Notes: generated by a model from the sequence alone, not told the origin. DNA of 64,000 nt from Candidatus Hydrogenedentota bacterium (GCA_045863295.1 BTWA01000010.1:32001-96000); one strand, 5' to 3'; counted from the first letter of the stretch, positions 9,813-19,237 are shown. Numbers and translations: made by a program.

Positions 9813-11279
9813 ATGCACAGTGGCCATGACAACGACAAACCACGCAACACCTTTTGCGGCCGCACGCGGCGCGAGTTTCTGACCACCGTTGGGGGCGGAT
9901 TCACCTCGCTCGCGCTCACGGGGTTGCTCGCGCACGACGGATTTTTCCAATCCGCATCCGCCGGCGTGCTGAATCCGCTCGCGCCCAAGCCCGCGCATTT
10001 TGCGCCGAAGGCCACGAGTTGCATCTTTCTGTTCATGTATGGTGGCCCGAGCCATGTGGATACATTCGATTACAAGCCCGAGCTTTACAAATACGATGGG
10101 AAAACGATTCAGGTAAAAACCCACGGCCGCGGCGGCCGCAAAAACGAAGGCCGCGTTGTCGGCCCCAAGTGGAGCTTTCAACAATACGGCCAATCCGGCC
10201 AATGGGTCTCGGAATTGTTCCCGCACCTGGCGACGTGCGTCGACGACATCGCTTTCCTGAAATCCATGACCGCCGACAGCCCCATACACGGTTCCGCCAT
10301 GCTGATGATGAACTCCGGCCGCATCCGCAGCGGAAACCCTTCGCTCGGTTCCTGGCTCAACTACGGTCTGGGCACCATGAACAGCGATCTGCCCGGCTAC
10401 GTCGTCATGCTCGACAAGACCGGCGGTCCCATCAGCGGCGCGAAGAATTGGTCCAGCGGCTACATGCCCGCCGATTTTCAGGCGACCGTATTGCGGCCCA
10501 AAGGCGATCCGATCCTGAACCTGAAGCACTACGATGCCATGTCCCAAGCCGAACAACGTACCCTGCTCGATCACCTCGCGCACTTCAACGGCGAGCACAT
10601 GGCCACCCGATCGGACAACACCGATCTTGCCGCGCGTGTGGCCAGTTATGAACTCGCGTTTCGCATGCAAACCGCCGCGCCCGAAGCGGTGGATGTGGAC
10701 AACGAGCCGGAGCATGTGAAGACCTTGTATGGCATGGACGAAGAACGGACCAACGATTTCGGCCGCAAATGCCTGCTCGCCCGCCGCCTGGTTGAGCGCG
10801 GCGTACGCTTCATTCAGGTCTACTCCGGCGGCGCCCACAACGACGACAACTGGGATGCCCACGGCGACCTCGTGAAGAATCACACGTATCATGCGGGCAA
10901 TACCGACAAACCCATCGCGGGCTTGTTGAAAGATTTGAAGCAACGCGGCCTGCTCGAATCCACGCTCGTGGTTTGGGGCGGCGAGTTCGGCCGCCAACCC
11001 ACCGCCGAATACGCCGAAGGCACCGGACGCGATCACAACTCCATGGGCTTCACCATGTGGATGGCCGGCGGCGGCATCAAGGGCGGCATCAGCCTCGGCG
11101 AAACCGACGAACTCGGCAGCGCGGCCGTCGCCGATCGCCTGCACGTGAAACACCTGCACGCGACGGTGTTGCACCAAATGGGCCTTGATCCCAACCATCT
11201 CAGTTATTTCTACAACGGACTCGATCAGAAATTGGTAGGGGTGGAAGGCGCGGATCCGATCCGGAAAATACTTGCGTAA
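9813..11279 (+). CDS. DUF1501 family protein, Tat-exported
   Basis: TRREFL Tat motif, HFAPKATSCIFLFMYGGPSHVDTFD, CLLARRLVERGVRF, WDAH, GEFGRQP, GRDHN. Confidence 0.9.
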   Translation: MHSGHDNDKPRNTFCGRTRREFLTTVGGGFTSLALTGLLAHDGFFQSASAGVLNPLAPKPAHFAPKATSCIFLFMYGGPSHVDTFDYKPELYKYDGKTIQVKTHGRGGRKNEGRVVGPKWSFQQYGQSGQWVSELFPHLATCVDDIAFLKSMTADSPIHGSAMLMMNSGRIRSGNPSLGSWLNYGLGTMNSDLPGYVVMLDKTGGPISGAKNWSSGYMPADFQATVLRPKGDPILNLKHYDAMSQAEQRTLLDHLAHFNGEHMATRSDNTDLAARVASYELAFRMQTAAPEAVDVDNEPEHVKTLYGMDEERTNDFGRKCLLARRLVERGVRFIQVYSGGAHNDDNWDAHGDLVKNHTYHAGNTDKPIAGLLKDLKQRGLLESTLVVWGGEFGRQPTAEYAEGTGRDHNSMGFTMWMAGGGIKGGISLGETDELGSAAVADRLHVKHLHATVLHQMGLDPNHLSYFYNGLDQKLVGVEGADPIRKILA

Positions 11280-11355
11280 GCATATCGCACTCTGACCGAA
11301 CTGGAATTAGACTCCACATTATGCAAAAGCGTTCATTGGCCGAATTGGAGACCAC

Positions 11356-12585
11356 ATGAACATCCCCGGTGCGAACAGAATTCGAAATCTAATTGGTTCC
11401 GAGCGGGCTATTGATGCGGTGGCGCGCGAGTTGAAGTATGCCGTGCAGGAATTGCGGGCGCGGGCGGTGGGGGCGCATCTGGTCACCTGTTCGGACGAGT
11501 CCGAGCAGGAAGTTTCCAAGGTCTTTCAGCAGTGGTTCGCGCAGGATTTGTTGCCGCCGTTGCGGTACACGGACAAGGCCCTATTCCGCACGGCGAATTT
11601 GGGCGGGCGCTACGAGTGGGGCGGTGTGCGGCTGGCCGAGCAGCATTTCGCCACGGAGTTTTCGGCAGATTCGTACAAGGTCATGGTGTTGAAGATCAAC
11701 TCCCACGCGGCGGAATTCCGGGATGGAAGTCACTACCGCTTCGGGGAATTCAAACGGTATGGATCGGCTTCTCCCTGTTGCGGCGCGCTGTTCTATTTGC
11801 TGAGAGACCATGCCGAGCCCTGGGCGAAAGAGATGTACGAAACTTTTGAATCGGAGGGACTGGATCGCATTGCGATGCTCAACGATTCCACGCTTGTCGA
11901 TCCGGATCACCGCGCGTTGTTCGCGGCCATTTGCAGCGCGCGTCTTCAAGCGCGGCGCGCCATGCTCGACATTCAGGACTATGCCCCGCGCACCCCTACC
12001 CTGTATCTGATTTTTCCGTGCGTCACGTTGAACCGAAGGGGGGTTGACGGCGAGATGTTGTGCGGCGCGTACGTGGCGGACCACCGGGCGGCCGATACGG
12101 TTGAACAGTATCAGGGACTCGGCGACGATCCTTCCAAGTTGACCTTGAGCGAAGAGCGCGGCGTGTTGCGCGTAACGGATCCCGGGATGGAGGACGTGCG
12201 GGAGGCGCGCGATCATCGCGAAATGATATTGAAAGAGTTCAAGGAAGAACAGGTCCTCCAGCCCACGCCGCACCATGACAACCTGAAGAAAGCCGTGCAG
12301 CATGCCAGCCAGCGCACACGCGGCGATGTCTCCACGGCCAAGCTGGCGCTGAAGGCGCTATTGCCGGTGCTTATCAGCGCGGCCCCGGTGCCGGGCGCGG
12401 TAATGTTGTTCGCGGGCGGGGCCATGGCCATTCACCACGTGTATCGCATGCGGCGAATCGCCAACGACGTGTCGAAGGACGACGAAGCCCGTGCATTGCT
12501 GAACGAAGTCGCGCACCGGATCGAAGAGTTGCCTGCGGAGCGGGCCAGGGAAGTGGTGGAATTGCTGGCCCACGAATTCGGGTGA
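11356..12585 (+). CDS. Hypothetical protein; N-terminal domain resembles LCIB/theta-type carbonic anhydrase
   Basis: 409 aa ORF with GGAG RBS. Motifs TCSDES, FRTANLGG, NSH and ASPCCGAL in LCIB-like order. C-terminal hydrophobic/helical extension. Confidence 0.6.
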   Translation: MNIPGANRIRNLIGSERAIDAVARELKYAVQELRARAVGAHLVTCSDESEQEVSKVFQQWFAQDLLPPLRYTDKALFRTANLGGRYEWGGVRLAEQHFATEFSADSYKVMVLKINSHAAEFRDGSHYRFGEFKRYGSASPCCGALFYLLRDHAEPWAKEMYETFESEGLDRIAMLNDSTLVDPDHRALFAAICSARLQARRAMLDIQDYAPRTPTLYLIFPCVTLNRRGVDGEMLCGAYVADHRAADTVEQYQGLGDDPSKLTLSEERGVLRVTDPGMEDVREARDHREMILKEFKEEQVLQPTPHHDNLKKAVQHASQRTRGDVSTAKLALKALLPVLISAAPVPGAVMLFAGGAMAIHHVYRMRRIANDVSKDDEARALLNEVAHRIEELPAERAREVVELLAHEFG

Positions 12586-12588
12586 TCC

Positions 12589-13509
12589 TCACAGCCCCGT
12601 GATGTTCGTGATCAGCCACTGGCCGTTTTCTTTCACGGCGTCTATCTGCATCGTGGCGTCGCCGGCCTTCGCGCTGATGTAGACTGGGCCTGCCTGCGCA
12701 GTATTTCCATTGATGATGAAGCGGGCGGAGGAAGCGTTGATCACGGCGTTTTCCATGCCGCCAGTCGTCTTGAACCCTTGAAGAAGCACCCGCAACTCGG
12801 TTTTGTTCCGGCCCACCTCGTCTTTAAACGAATCTGAAAACACCGTCATGATGCGGTCAATGTCCTGCGCGGCGATGGCGTCGCCCATGGTTTGCACCAT
12901 GGCCTGCATGATTTCTTCGTCCGACATGGCGGCGGAATAGACGAGGCCGTCGCCCGCGCCCGGTGCGCCGATGCCCAGAAAGTTACGCGCGAAGTAGGCC
13001 CCTGCCATTACAGCGAAGAGCGCCGCCGCTCCCCCGCCGTACGTCAGCACGGCTCGCCACGGGAATGGCTTCTTGATATGCATTTTGACCAGTTGGCCGC
13101 CCACCATCACCGGCTGGCCGGCCAACACGCGCTTGTGCTTGTCTTCCAGCACGCCGATGGTTTCATTAATAGCGATGAACGCGCGGTGCCACTCGTTGTG
13201 AAGTTTCTTGATGGCCACGTCCGATTGCGAATAGATGGTTTGCAGGTTTGTCGCGCTCGAAAGCACGTTCATCATGTCAACCGCGAACCGGCAGTCCGCT
13301 CCCAGACGTTGCACGAGCACATGATGTTCCTTGGCAAGCTGGCTCTTGATATGAAGGAACTTCGCTTCGAGTTGTGCCTTGTTGGATGCAGGCGCCCGGT
13401 AGGCGCCGATGATCTGACTAAACAACATCCAATGATCCATGAACGCCCGGCACTTCTGAATGTAGGCATCAAGTACTTCGATGCCATGGCACTGCGGTTT
13501 TGCAGCCAT
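12589..13509 (-). CDS. Membrane-anchored hypothetical protein (N-terminal helical domain, one TM, C-terminal NTF2/SnoaL-like domain)
   Basis: TM segment VLTYGGGAAALFAVMAGAYF. The C-terminus (AIAAQDIDRIMTVFSDSF...KENGQWLITNI) is typical of NTF2-like folds. Convergent with the 11356 gene. Confidence 0.65.
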   Translation of the reverse strand: MAAKPQCHGIEVLDAYIQKCRAFMDHWMLFSQIIGAYRAPASNKAQLEAKFLHIKSQLAKEHHVLVQRLGADCRFAVDMMNVLSSATNLQTIYSQSDVAIKKLHNEWHRAFIAINETIGVLEDKHKRVLAGQPVMVGGQLVKMHIKKPFPWRAVLTYGGGAAALFAVMAGAYFARNFLGIGAPGAGDGLVYSAAMSDEEIMQAMVQTMGDAIAAQDIDRIMTVFSDSFKDEVGRNKTELRVLLQGFKTTGGMENAVINASSARFIINGNTAQAGPVYISAKAGDATMQIDAVKENGQWLITNITGL

Positions 13510-13657
13510 GACTTCGTCCCTACCCGTGAAAATACCCAACCTTGAATTTACTGGCGTACTGCAGCCTGACCCACCGACAACCTACCATACTGAATGAGAA
13601 TTGGGAAGCCGTAATTTGGAATGAATTGCCCAAACGGGGAAACCATCTCGCCAATCC

Positions 13658-13666
13658 TGCTATACT
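13658..13666 (+). promoter_or_regulatory. Extended -10 promoter element for fabH
   Basis: TGcTATACT about 115 nt upstream of the fabH start. Confidence 0.45.
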
Positions 13667-13780
13667 TTGATCGGCTGTTCTAATAGGTATTTACGATTCC
13701 AACTGCACTTGCATCCACCGGGGCTTGGCGGTTTCCGGCGATGCGATTGATTGCCCAACATCCGATTGGAGGGGTTTTCC

Positions 13781-14767
13781 GTGGCAGCAGTGCGTCCACG
13801 CATCATCAGCACCGGTCAGTGCTTGCCCGATAAGGTACTGACAAATATTGACTTGGAAGACATGATGGACACCACCGACGAGTGGATCCGTCAGCGGACC
13901 GGCATTGCCCAGCGCCACATGGTCGACAACGGACAGACGTTGTCTGATCTCGCGGCAGGCGCGGCCAAGCAGGCCATGGACCGGGCCGGAATCACTTCCA
14001 GCGACATCGATTTCGTCCTATGCAGTACGATGACCGCCGATTACCTGTTCCCCTCCGCCGCGTGTCTGGTACAAGATCGTCTCGGCGCGAAGCGGGCCGG
14101 GGCGGCCGACCTGAACGCGGCCTGTTCTGGGTTCGTGTATGGCCTTCAAATGGCCGACGGGCTGATCCGGTCGGGGATTCACAAGACCATTCTCGTGATT
14201 GGCGCGGAAGTGATGAGTTGCCGCCTGGACTGGGGCAAGCGAAACACCGCGGTGTTGTTTGGCGATGGAGCCGGCGCCGTGGTCGTGCGCGCGGACACGA
14301 GCGATCGCGGCATTCTTTCGACCTATACGCGATCGGACGGCGGCGATTACGAACTCATTTACGTGCCCGCGGGCGGATCGAAGACCACGCTCACGCCGGA
14401 TAACATCAACCATGTCGAGCGCAGCATTGTGATGGACGGCCGGGGCCTCTACAAGCGCGCGGTTCATGCTTTTGGCGAGGCCGTGGAAGAGGCGCTCAAG
14501 GCGGCGGAGGTGGCCGCAGACGACCTGACGCTGTTCATTCCGCATCAGGCGAACAAACGCATTATCGATGCCGCCGCGGAACGTATCGGGCTGCCGTCCG
14601 AGAAGATTTACATGAACTTGGATCGGGTGGCGAACACCAGTGCCGCCAGTATTCCCATCGCCTTGGACGATGCCGTGTGCGAGGGGCGTCTGAAAGAAAA
14701 CGACCTGTTGCTGTTGGCGGCGTTTGGAGCAGGGCTCACTTGGGCGGGCAGTGTGCTTCGCTGGTGA
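13781..14767 (+). CDS. fabH: 3-oxoacyl-ACP synthase III
   Basis: DTTDEWIRQRTGI, catalytic AACSGF, LFGDGAGA, PHQANKRI, NTSAASIP, AFGAGLTW. GTG start after GGAGGGG. Confidence 0.95.
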   Translation: MAAVRPRIISTGQCLPDKVLTNIDLEDMMDTTDEWIRQRTGIAQRHMVDNGQTLSDLAAGAAKQAMDRAGITSSDIDFVLCSTMTADYLFPSAACLVQDRLGAKRAGAADLNAACSGFVYGLQMADGLIRSGIHKTILVIGAEVMSCRLDWGKRNTAVLFGDGAGAVVVRADTSDRGILSTYTRSDGGDYELIYVPAGGSKTTLTPDNINHVERSIVMDGRGLYKRAVHAFGEAVEEALKAAEVAADDLTLFIPHQANKRIIDAAAERIGLPSEKIYMNLDRVANTSAASIPIALDDAVCEGRLKENDLLLLAAFGAGLTWAGSVLRW

Positions 14768-14934
14768 CGGGCGTCCCGGACGGGATATCCGATTTGGTCA
14801 TGGGCGATTCACAAGTTATTTATTAGCAGTAGTTTAACGTTTCTGGTTCGCTTGTTCCCCGTGCCGTACACGCATCTCGGCAACAAGTACCCTCCCGGCG
14901 ACCGTGGCCATCGAAGTGTTAATCGTGAAAAATG

Positions 14935-14963
14935 TTGCGATTTAATCCCGCTTCGGATAAAAT
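14935..14963 (+). promoter_or_regulatory. sigma70-type promoter of the nqr operon
   Basis: TTGCGA (14935-14940), 17-nt spacer, TAAAAT (14958-14963). Confidence 0.65.
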
Positions 14964-14972
14964 CTCGTTCCC

Positions 14973-15174
14973 GTTGAGGGTCGCTGCAAGGTCTTGGCCT
15001 GCGTCGAACCCTGCATGAATATCATCGCAGGGAGGCATACGACTCATCTTTTCCACGCGCAAAGCCGGAAAAAGGACGTGTCGTTAGGGTCGATTGCGAA
15101 CCTCAGCATCGTCAAAAAAAGTGTCAACGCGAACCCGCTTTACGTGTCAACGCGGGACGAGGTGCATGTAATCC
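14973..15174 (+). ncRNA. Candidate structured 5'-leader RNA of nqrA
   Basis: Several nested and alternative helices (see findings); starts just after the predicted TSS. Confidence 0.45.
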
Positions 15175-16557
15175 ATGGCCGTACATCGAGTGACCAAGGG
15201 GCTGAATCTTCCGATTGCGGGCGAGCCCCTTCAACAGATTGAGCCGGCGCGTACGCCCGGCCATGTTGCCCTTCTGGGGGCGGACTACCATGGCATGAGG
15301 CCGACCCTTTTTGTCCGTGAAGGCGATTCGGTAAAACGCGGCCAGGCCCTGTTCGAAGACAAGAAGACGCCCGGTGTTTTGTACACGTCGCCCGCCGCTG
15401 GCACGGTCAAGACCGTGCATCGCGGCGCGAAACGCGCCTTCCAATCGTTGGTAATCGAATTGAGCGACGCCGAGCGCGACGGCAGCGCGGGTACTGAGAG
15501 CGAAGTCACGTTTCAAGCGTACTTGGGCAAAGATCCATCCGGGTTGAGCCGTGATCAGATCACAGCCCTGCTCACCGAATCCGGGCTGTGGACTGCATTT
15601 CGCATGCGGCCTTTCAGCAAGGTTCCGCAACCAGGAACCATGCCGCACTCCATTTTTGTCACGGCGATGGACTCGAACCCGCTCGCACCGTCCGTGGAAG
15701 TCATACTTAAAGGCCAGGAAGACGCTTTCGCCAATGGCCTCGTGTGTGTCGCGAAGTTGACCGAAGGCCGCACGTACTTGTGCAAGGCCGCCGGGTCTGC
15801 GATTCCCGCGAATCCCAACACTGGCATCACCATTGAAGAATTCTCAGGGCCGCACCCTTCCGGCACTCCCGGCTACCATATCCACACGCTTGACCCGGTT
15901 TATCGCGAGAAGACCGTATGGTACATCGGTTTGCAGGACGTCATTGCCATTGGACGGCTGTTTGCCACCGGCCGGCTCTTCGTGGATCGGGTCATTGCGC
16001 TTGCGGGTCCGCAGGTGAAGAAGCCGCGCCTGTTGCGCACGCGTATTGGAGCGAGCCTGGCCGATATCTGCGCCGGTGAATTGAACGACGGTGAAAACCG
16101 GGTCATTTCGGGATCGGTGTTGTCCGGCCGGAAGGCCATGGGCGAGGCGCACGGGTACCTGGGCCGGTTTCACCAGCAGGTTTCCGTTATCGCCGAAGGC
16201 CGTGACCGGGACTTTCTGGGCTGGCTTGCGCCCGGTACCGATAAATTCTCGGTGCTTGGCGTGTTTGCTTCCAAATGGATTGGCGGCGGCAAGAAATTCA
16301 ATTTCACCACGACGACGAATGGTTCTGAGCGATCCATCGTTCCGGTCGGATCGTTCGAACGCGTCATGCCCATGGATATTTGCGCCACGCATCTGCTCCG
16401 TTCAATTGCGGTTCGCGACGTCGAACGCGCGGAACAACTGGGCATGCTGGAACTTGACGAGGAAGATCTGGCCCTGTGTACCTATGTGTGTCCCTGCAAA
16501 AATGACTACGGGACGTTTCTTCGGGAAACGCTGAACATAATCGAGAAAGAGGGATGA
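15175..16557 (+). CDS. nqrA: Na+-translocating NADH:quinone reductase subunit A
   Basis: KGLNLPIAGEP, LFEDKKTPG, RVISGSVLSG, LELDEEDLALCTYVCPCK...IEKEG. Confidence 0.95.
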   Translation: MAVHRVTKGLNLPIAGEPLQQIEPARTPGHVALLGADYHGMRPTLFVREGDSVKRGQALFEDKKTPGVLYTSPAAGTVKTVHRGAKRAFQSLVIELSDAERDGSAGTESEVTFQAYLGKDPSGLSRDQITALLTESGLWTAFRMRPFSKVPQPGTMPHSIFVTAMDSNPLAPSVEVILKGQEDAFANGLVCVAKLTEGRTYLCKAAGSAIPANPNTGITIEEFSGPHPSGTPGYHIHTLDPVYREKTVWYIGLQDVIAIGRLFATGRLFVDRVIALAGPQVKKPRLLRTRIGASLADICAGELNDGENRVISGSVLSGRKAMGEAHGYLGRFHQQVSVIAEGRDRDFLGWLAPGTDKFSVLGVFASKWIGGGKKFNFTTTTNGSERSIVPVGSFERVMPMDICATHLLRSIAVRDVERAEQLGMLELDEEDLALCTYVCPCKNDYGTFLRETLNIIEKEG

Positions 16558-17798
16558 TCAAGTTAATCCGCGATATGCAGGACAAGCAGCGCAAGCTCTT
16601 TGAAAAGGGTGGGCCGCTGGAGCGCTTGTATCCGTTGTACGAAGCAAACGACACGTTTCTTTTTACACCGGACAGTGTGACGGAACACGACGCCCACGTC
16701 CGTGACGGGGCAGACCTGAAGCGCGTGATGATCACAGTGGTGGTCGCTCTCGTGCCGTGTATGCTGATGGCCATGTACAATACGGGACTGCAGGCCAACC
16801 TGGCGCTTAGTCCCGATCGACTGGCCGAGCTTGTGGGGATTCGCTACAGCATCCTACGCGGGCTGGGAATCGGATTCTCCCCGGAAAGTATCTTGGCCTG
16901 CCTCGTGCACGGTGCCTTGTATTACGTTCCGGTATACATTGTGACGCTGGCGGCAGGCGGTCTGTGCGAGGCTGCGTTTGCCATTGTGCGCAAACATGAA
17001 ATCAACGAAGGCTTCCTGGTCACCAGCGCGTTGTTTCCCCTGATACTTCCTCCCACCATCCCCCTGTGGCAAGTTGCGCTCGGCATTATCTTCGGCGTCG
17101 TCATCGGCAAGGAGATTTTCGGTGGCGTGGGAATGAATATCTTTAATCCCGCCTTGATGGCGCGCGCATTTCTGTTCTTTGCCTATCCCGGCCAGATCTC
17201 GGGCGACAAGGTGTGGACGGCTGTACCCGCGGATGCGGCGATGCACGTGGACGGATTCAGCGGAGCCACCTGGCTGGCGCGTGCCGCCGAGAGCGGAATG
17301 GACGCGATACAGGGACTAAACTGGTGGGACGCCTTTCTTGGATTCATCCCCGGATCCATGGGTGAAACCTCTACCTTGGCGTGCCTCTTTGGCGCTGCCG
17401 TGTTGATCATCACCAAGGTGGGCTCCTGGCGCACAATGGCCGGCGGCTTGCTGGGCAGCTTCTTTATCTGCGCCCTGCTTAATTTTGTTGGCCGGTTCGA
17501 AGGCACAACCAACGTTTTCCTCGACGTGCCATTTTACTGGCATTGGGTGCTTGGCGGGTTCGCATTTGCGATCGTCTTCATGGCCACTGACCCCGTTTCA
17601 TCGGCGTTTACCGAAACCGGCAAATGGGTGTACGGTTTCTTTATCGGCGTGCTTGGCATCTTGATTCGCGTCATCAATCCAGCGTATCCCGAGGGCTGGA
17701 TGCTCGCAATCCTGTTTATGAACATGTTCGCGCCCGTCATCGACCACTTTGTGGTGAAGGCGAATATCAAACGGAGGATGGCGCGCTATGCAGCGTAA
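16554..17798 (+). CDS. nqrB: Na+-NQR subunit B
   Basis: HVRDGADLKRVM, INEGFLVTS, FMN-attachment motif DGFSGATWL, PGSMGETS, AYPEG. Confidence 0.95.
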   Translation: MIKLIRDMQDKQRKLFEKGGPLERLYPLYEANDTFLFTPDSVTEHDAHVRDGADLKRVMITVVVALVPCMLMAMYNTGLQANLALSPDRLAELVGIRYSILRGLGIGFSPESILACLVHGALYYVPVYIVTLAAGGLCEAAFAIVRKHEINEGFLVTSALFPLILPPTIPLWQVALGIIFGVVIGKEIFGGVGMNIFNPALMARAFLFFAYPGQISGDKVWTAVPADAAMHVDGFSGATWLARAAESGMDAIQGLNWWDAFLGFIPGSMGETSTLACLFGAAVLIITKVGSWRTMAGGLLGSFFICALLNFVGRFEGTTNVFLDVPFYWHWVLGGFAFAIVFMATDPVSSAFTETGKWVYGFFIGVLGILIRVINPAYPEGWMLAILFMNMFAPVIDHFVVKANIKRRMARYAA

Positions 17799-18591
17799 GG
17801 GTGAAGGCTACACGATCCTGTTTTCAGGCGCCGTGTGCATTATCTGTTCCGCGTTTGTGGCCGGGGCGGCGGTCTTTCTGAAAGACAAGCAAGACATCAA
17901 TCTCCTGGTCGATCGGAAAGAGAAAGTGTTGACCGTGTGTCATCTGATCGAGCCTACGGAGAAGTTGACCAACGAACAGGTACTCGAACGGTTTGAAAAA
18001 AATATTGTGCCCAAGGTCGTCGACTTAAAGACCGGCGACTATGTGCCGGAAGACCAGATTGATCCTGCCGCGTACGATCAGCAGAAGGCGAAAAATGATC
18101 CGGCGATGAGCGAAGAAGCGCCTCGCAACCCCGCGCAAATCTCCCGCGTGCCGAAATACGCGCTTGTTTATCAAGTGAAGCCCGCCGACGAAGTTACCAT
18201 GATCGTGCTCCCTATCGAAGGGAAAGGGTTGTGGTCCACGCTGTACGGCTACCTTGTGTTGGACAAGGATCTCACCACGATCCTCGGGCTCACCTTCTAT
18301 GCCCACGCGGAAACGCCCGGTCTTGGCGGCGAAGTGGATAATCCGTCATGGAAAGCCAAATGGCCAGGCCGGAAGGCGTTTGACGAGGCGCACGAACCGG
18401 CGATTGCCGTCGTAAAGGGCGGCGTGGGTTCGCCGGAAGAAGATCCGCACAAGGTGGACGCGTTGTCCGGCGCAACCATTACAAGCAATGGCGTGACCTA
18501 CCTGCTTCAATTCTGGCTGGGTGAGAACGGCTTTGGTCCCTATTTGGACAAGTTACGCGAACCGGCGGCGGCGTCCGCGCAACCGGCTTAG
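17788..18591 (+). CDS. nqrC: Na+-NQR subunit C
   Basis: N-terminal TM, GKGLWSTLYG, ETPGLGGEV, FMN motif VDALSGATIT. Confidence 0.95.
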   Translation: MQRKGEGYTILFSGAVCIICSAFVAGAAVFLKDKQDINLLVDRKEKVLTVCHLIEPTEKLTNEQVLERFEKNIVPKVVDLKTGDYVPEDQIDPAAYDQQKAKNDPAMSEEAPRNPAQISRVPKYALVYQVKPADEVTMIVLPIEGKGLWSTLYGYLVLDKDLTTILGLTFYAHAETPGLGGEVDNPSWKAKWPGRKAFDEAHEPAIAVVKGGVGSPEEDPHKVDALSGATITSNGVTYLLQFWLGENGFGPYLDKLREPAAASAQPA

Positions 18592-18600
18592 GAGGATATC

Positions 18601-19236
18601 ATGGCAGCCCCATCGGCAAAGGAAGTGCGGTCGGTCTTGCTGGATCCGCTTTTCAGCAACAATCCGATCGGCCTTCAGGTACTCGGCATCTGCTCCGCAT
18701 TGGCCGTGACGACCAAGCTCGAAGTGGCATTGGTAATGTGCATCGCGCTGACGACCGTGACCGGGTTCTCCAACCTGTCTGTCAGTCTTGTGCGGAATGC
18801 GATTCCGTTCAGCGTTCGCATCATTATTCAGATGGCCATCATTGCCTCCTTGGTTATCGTGGTCGATCAGGTGCTCAAGGCATACGTATTCGAGATAAGC
18901 CAGAAGCTGTCTGTGTTCACCGGCCTCATTATCACAAACTGCATCGTAATGGGCCGGGCTGAAGGCTATGCCATGCAAAATGGCCCGGTGCTGAGTTTCC
19001 TGGACGGCATAGGCAACGGGCTGGGGTACAGCATGGTGCTGTTGGGTACCGGATTCATTCGGGAACTGACCGGCTCGGGGAGCCTTTTCGGATATTCGAT
19101 ATTGACCCGCACCGCGGACGGCGGGTGGTATGAGCCCAACGGGCTAATGCTGATTGCCCCGGGCGCCTTCTTCATCATCGGTATAGGGATTTGGGTGCTG
19201 CGCACCTTCAAGCCCGAGCAGGTCGAGGCGGAATAA
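18601..19236 (+). CDS. nqrD: Na+-NQR subunit D
   Basis: [32 protein letters not shown]. Confidence 0.95.
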   Translation: MAAPSAKEVRSVLLDPLFSNNPIGLQVLGICSALAVTTKLEVALVMCIALTTVTGFSNLSVSLVRNAIPFSVRIIIQMAIIASLVIVVDQVLKAYVFEISQKLSVFTGLIITNCIVMGRAEGYAMQNGPVLSFLDGIGNGLGYSMVLLGTGFIRELTGSGSLFGYSILTRTADGGWYEPNGLMLIAPGAFFIIGIGIWVLRTFKPEQVEAE

Positions 19237-19237
19237 C

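Noticed and set aside
8571..11198. 875-aa antisense ORF (and similar ones at 34557-35888, 38326-39942, 42811-44454, 54042-55292)
   Set aside because: These lie opposite well-supported genes and have no recognisable motifs; they are typical GC-rich shadow ORFs.
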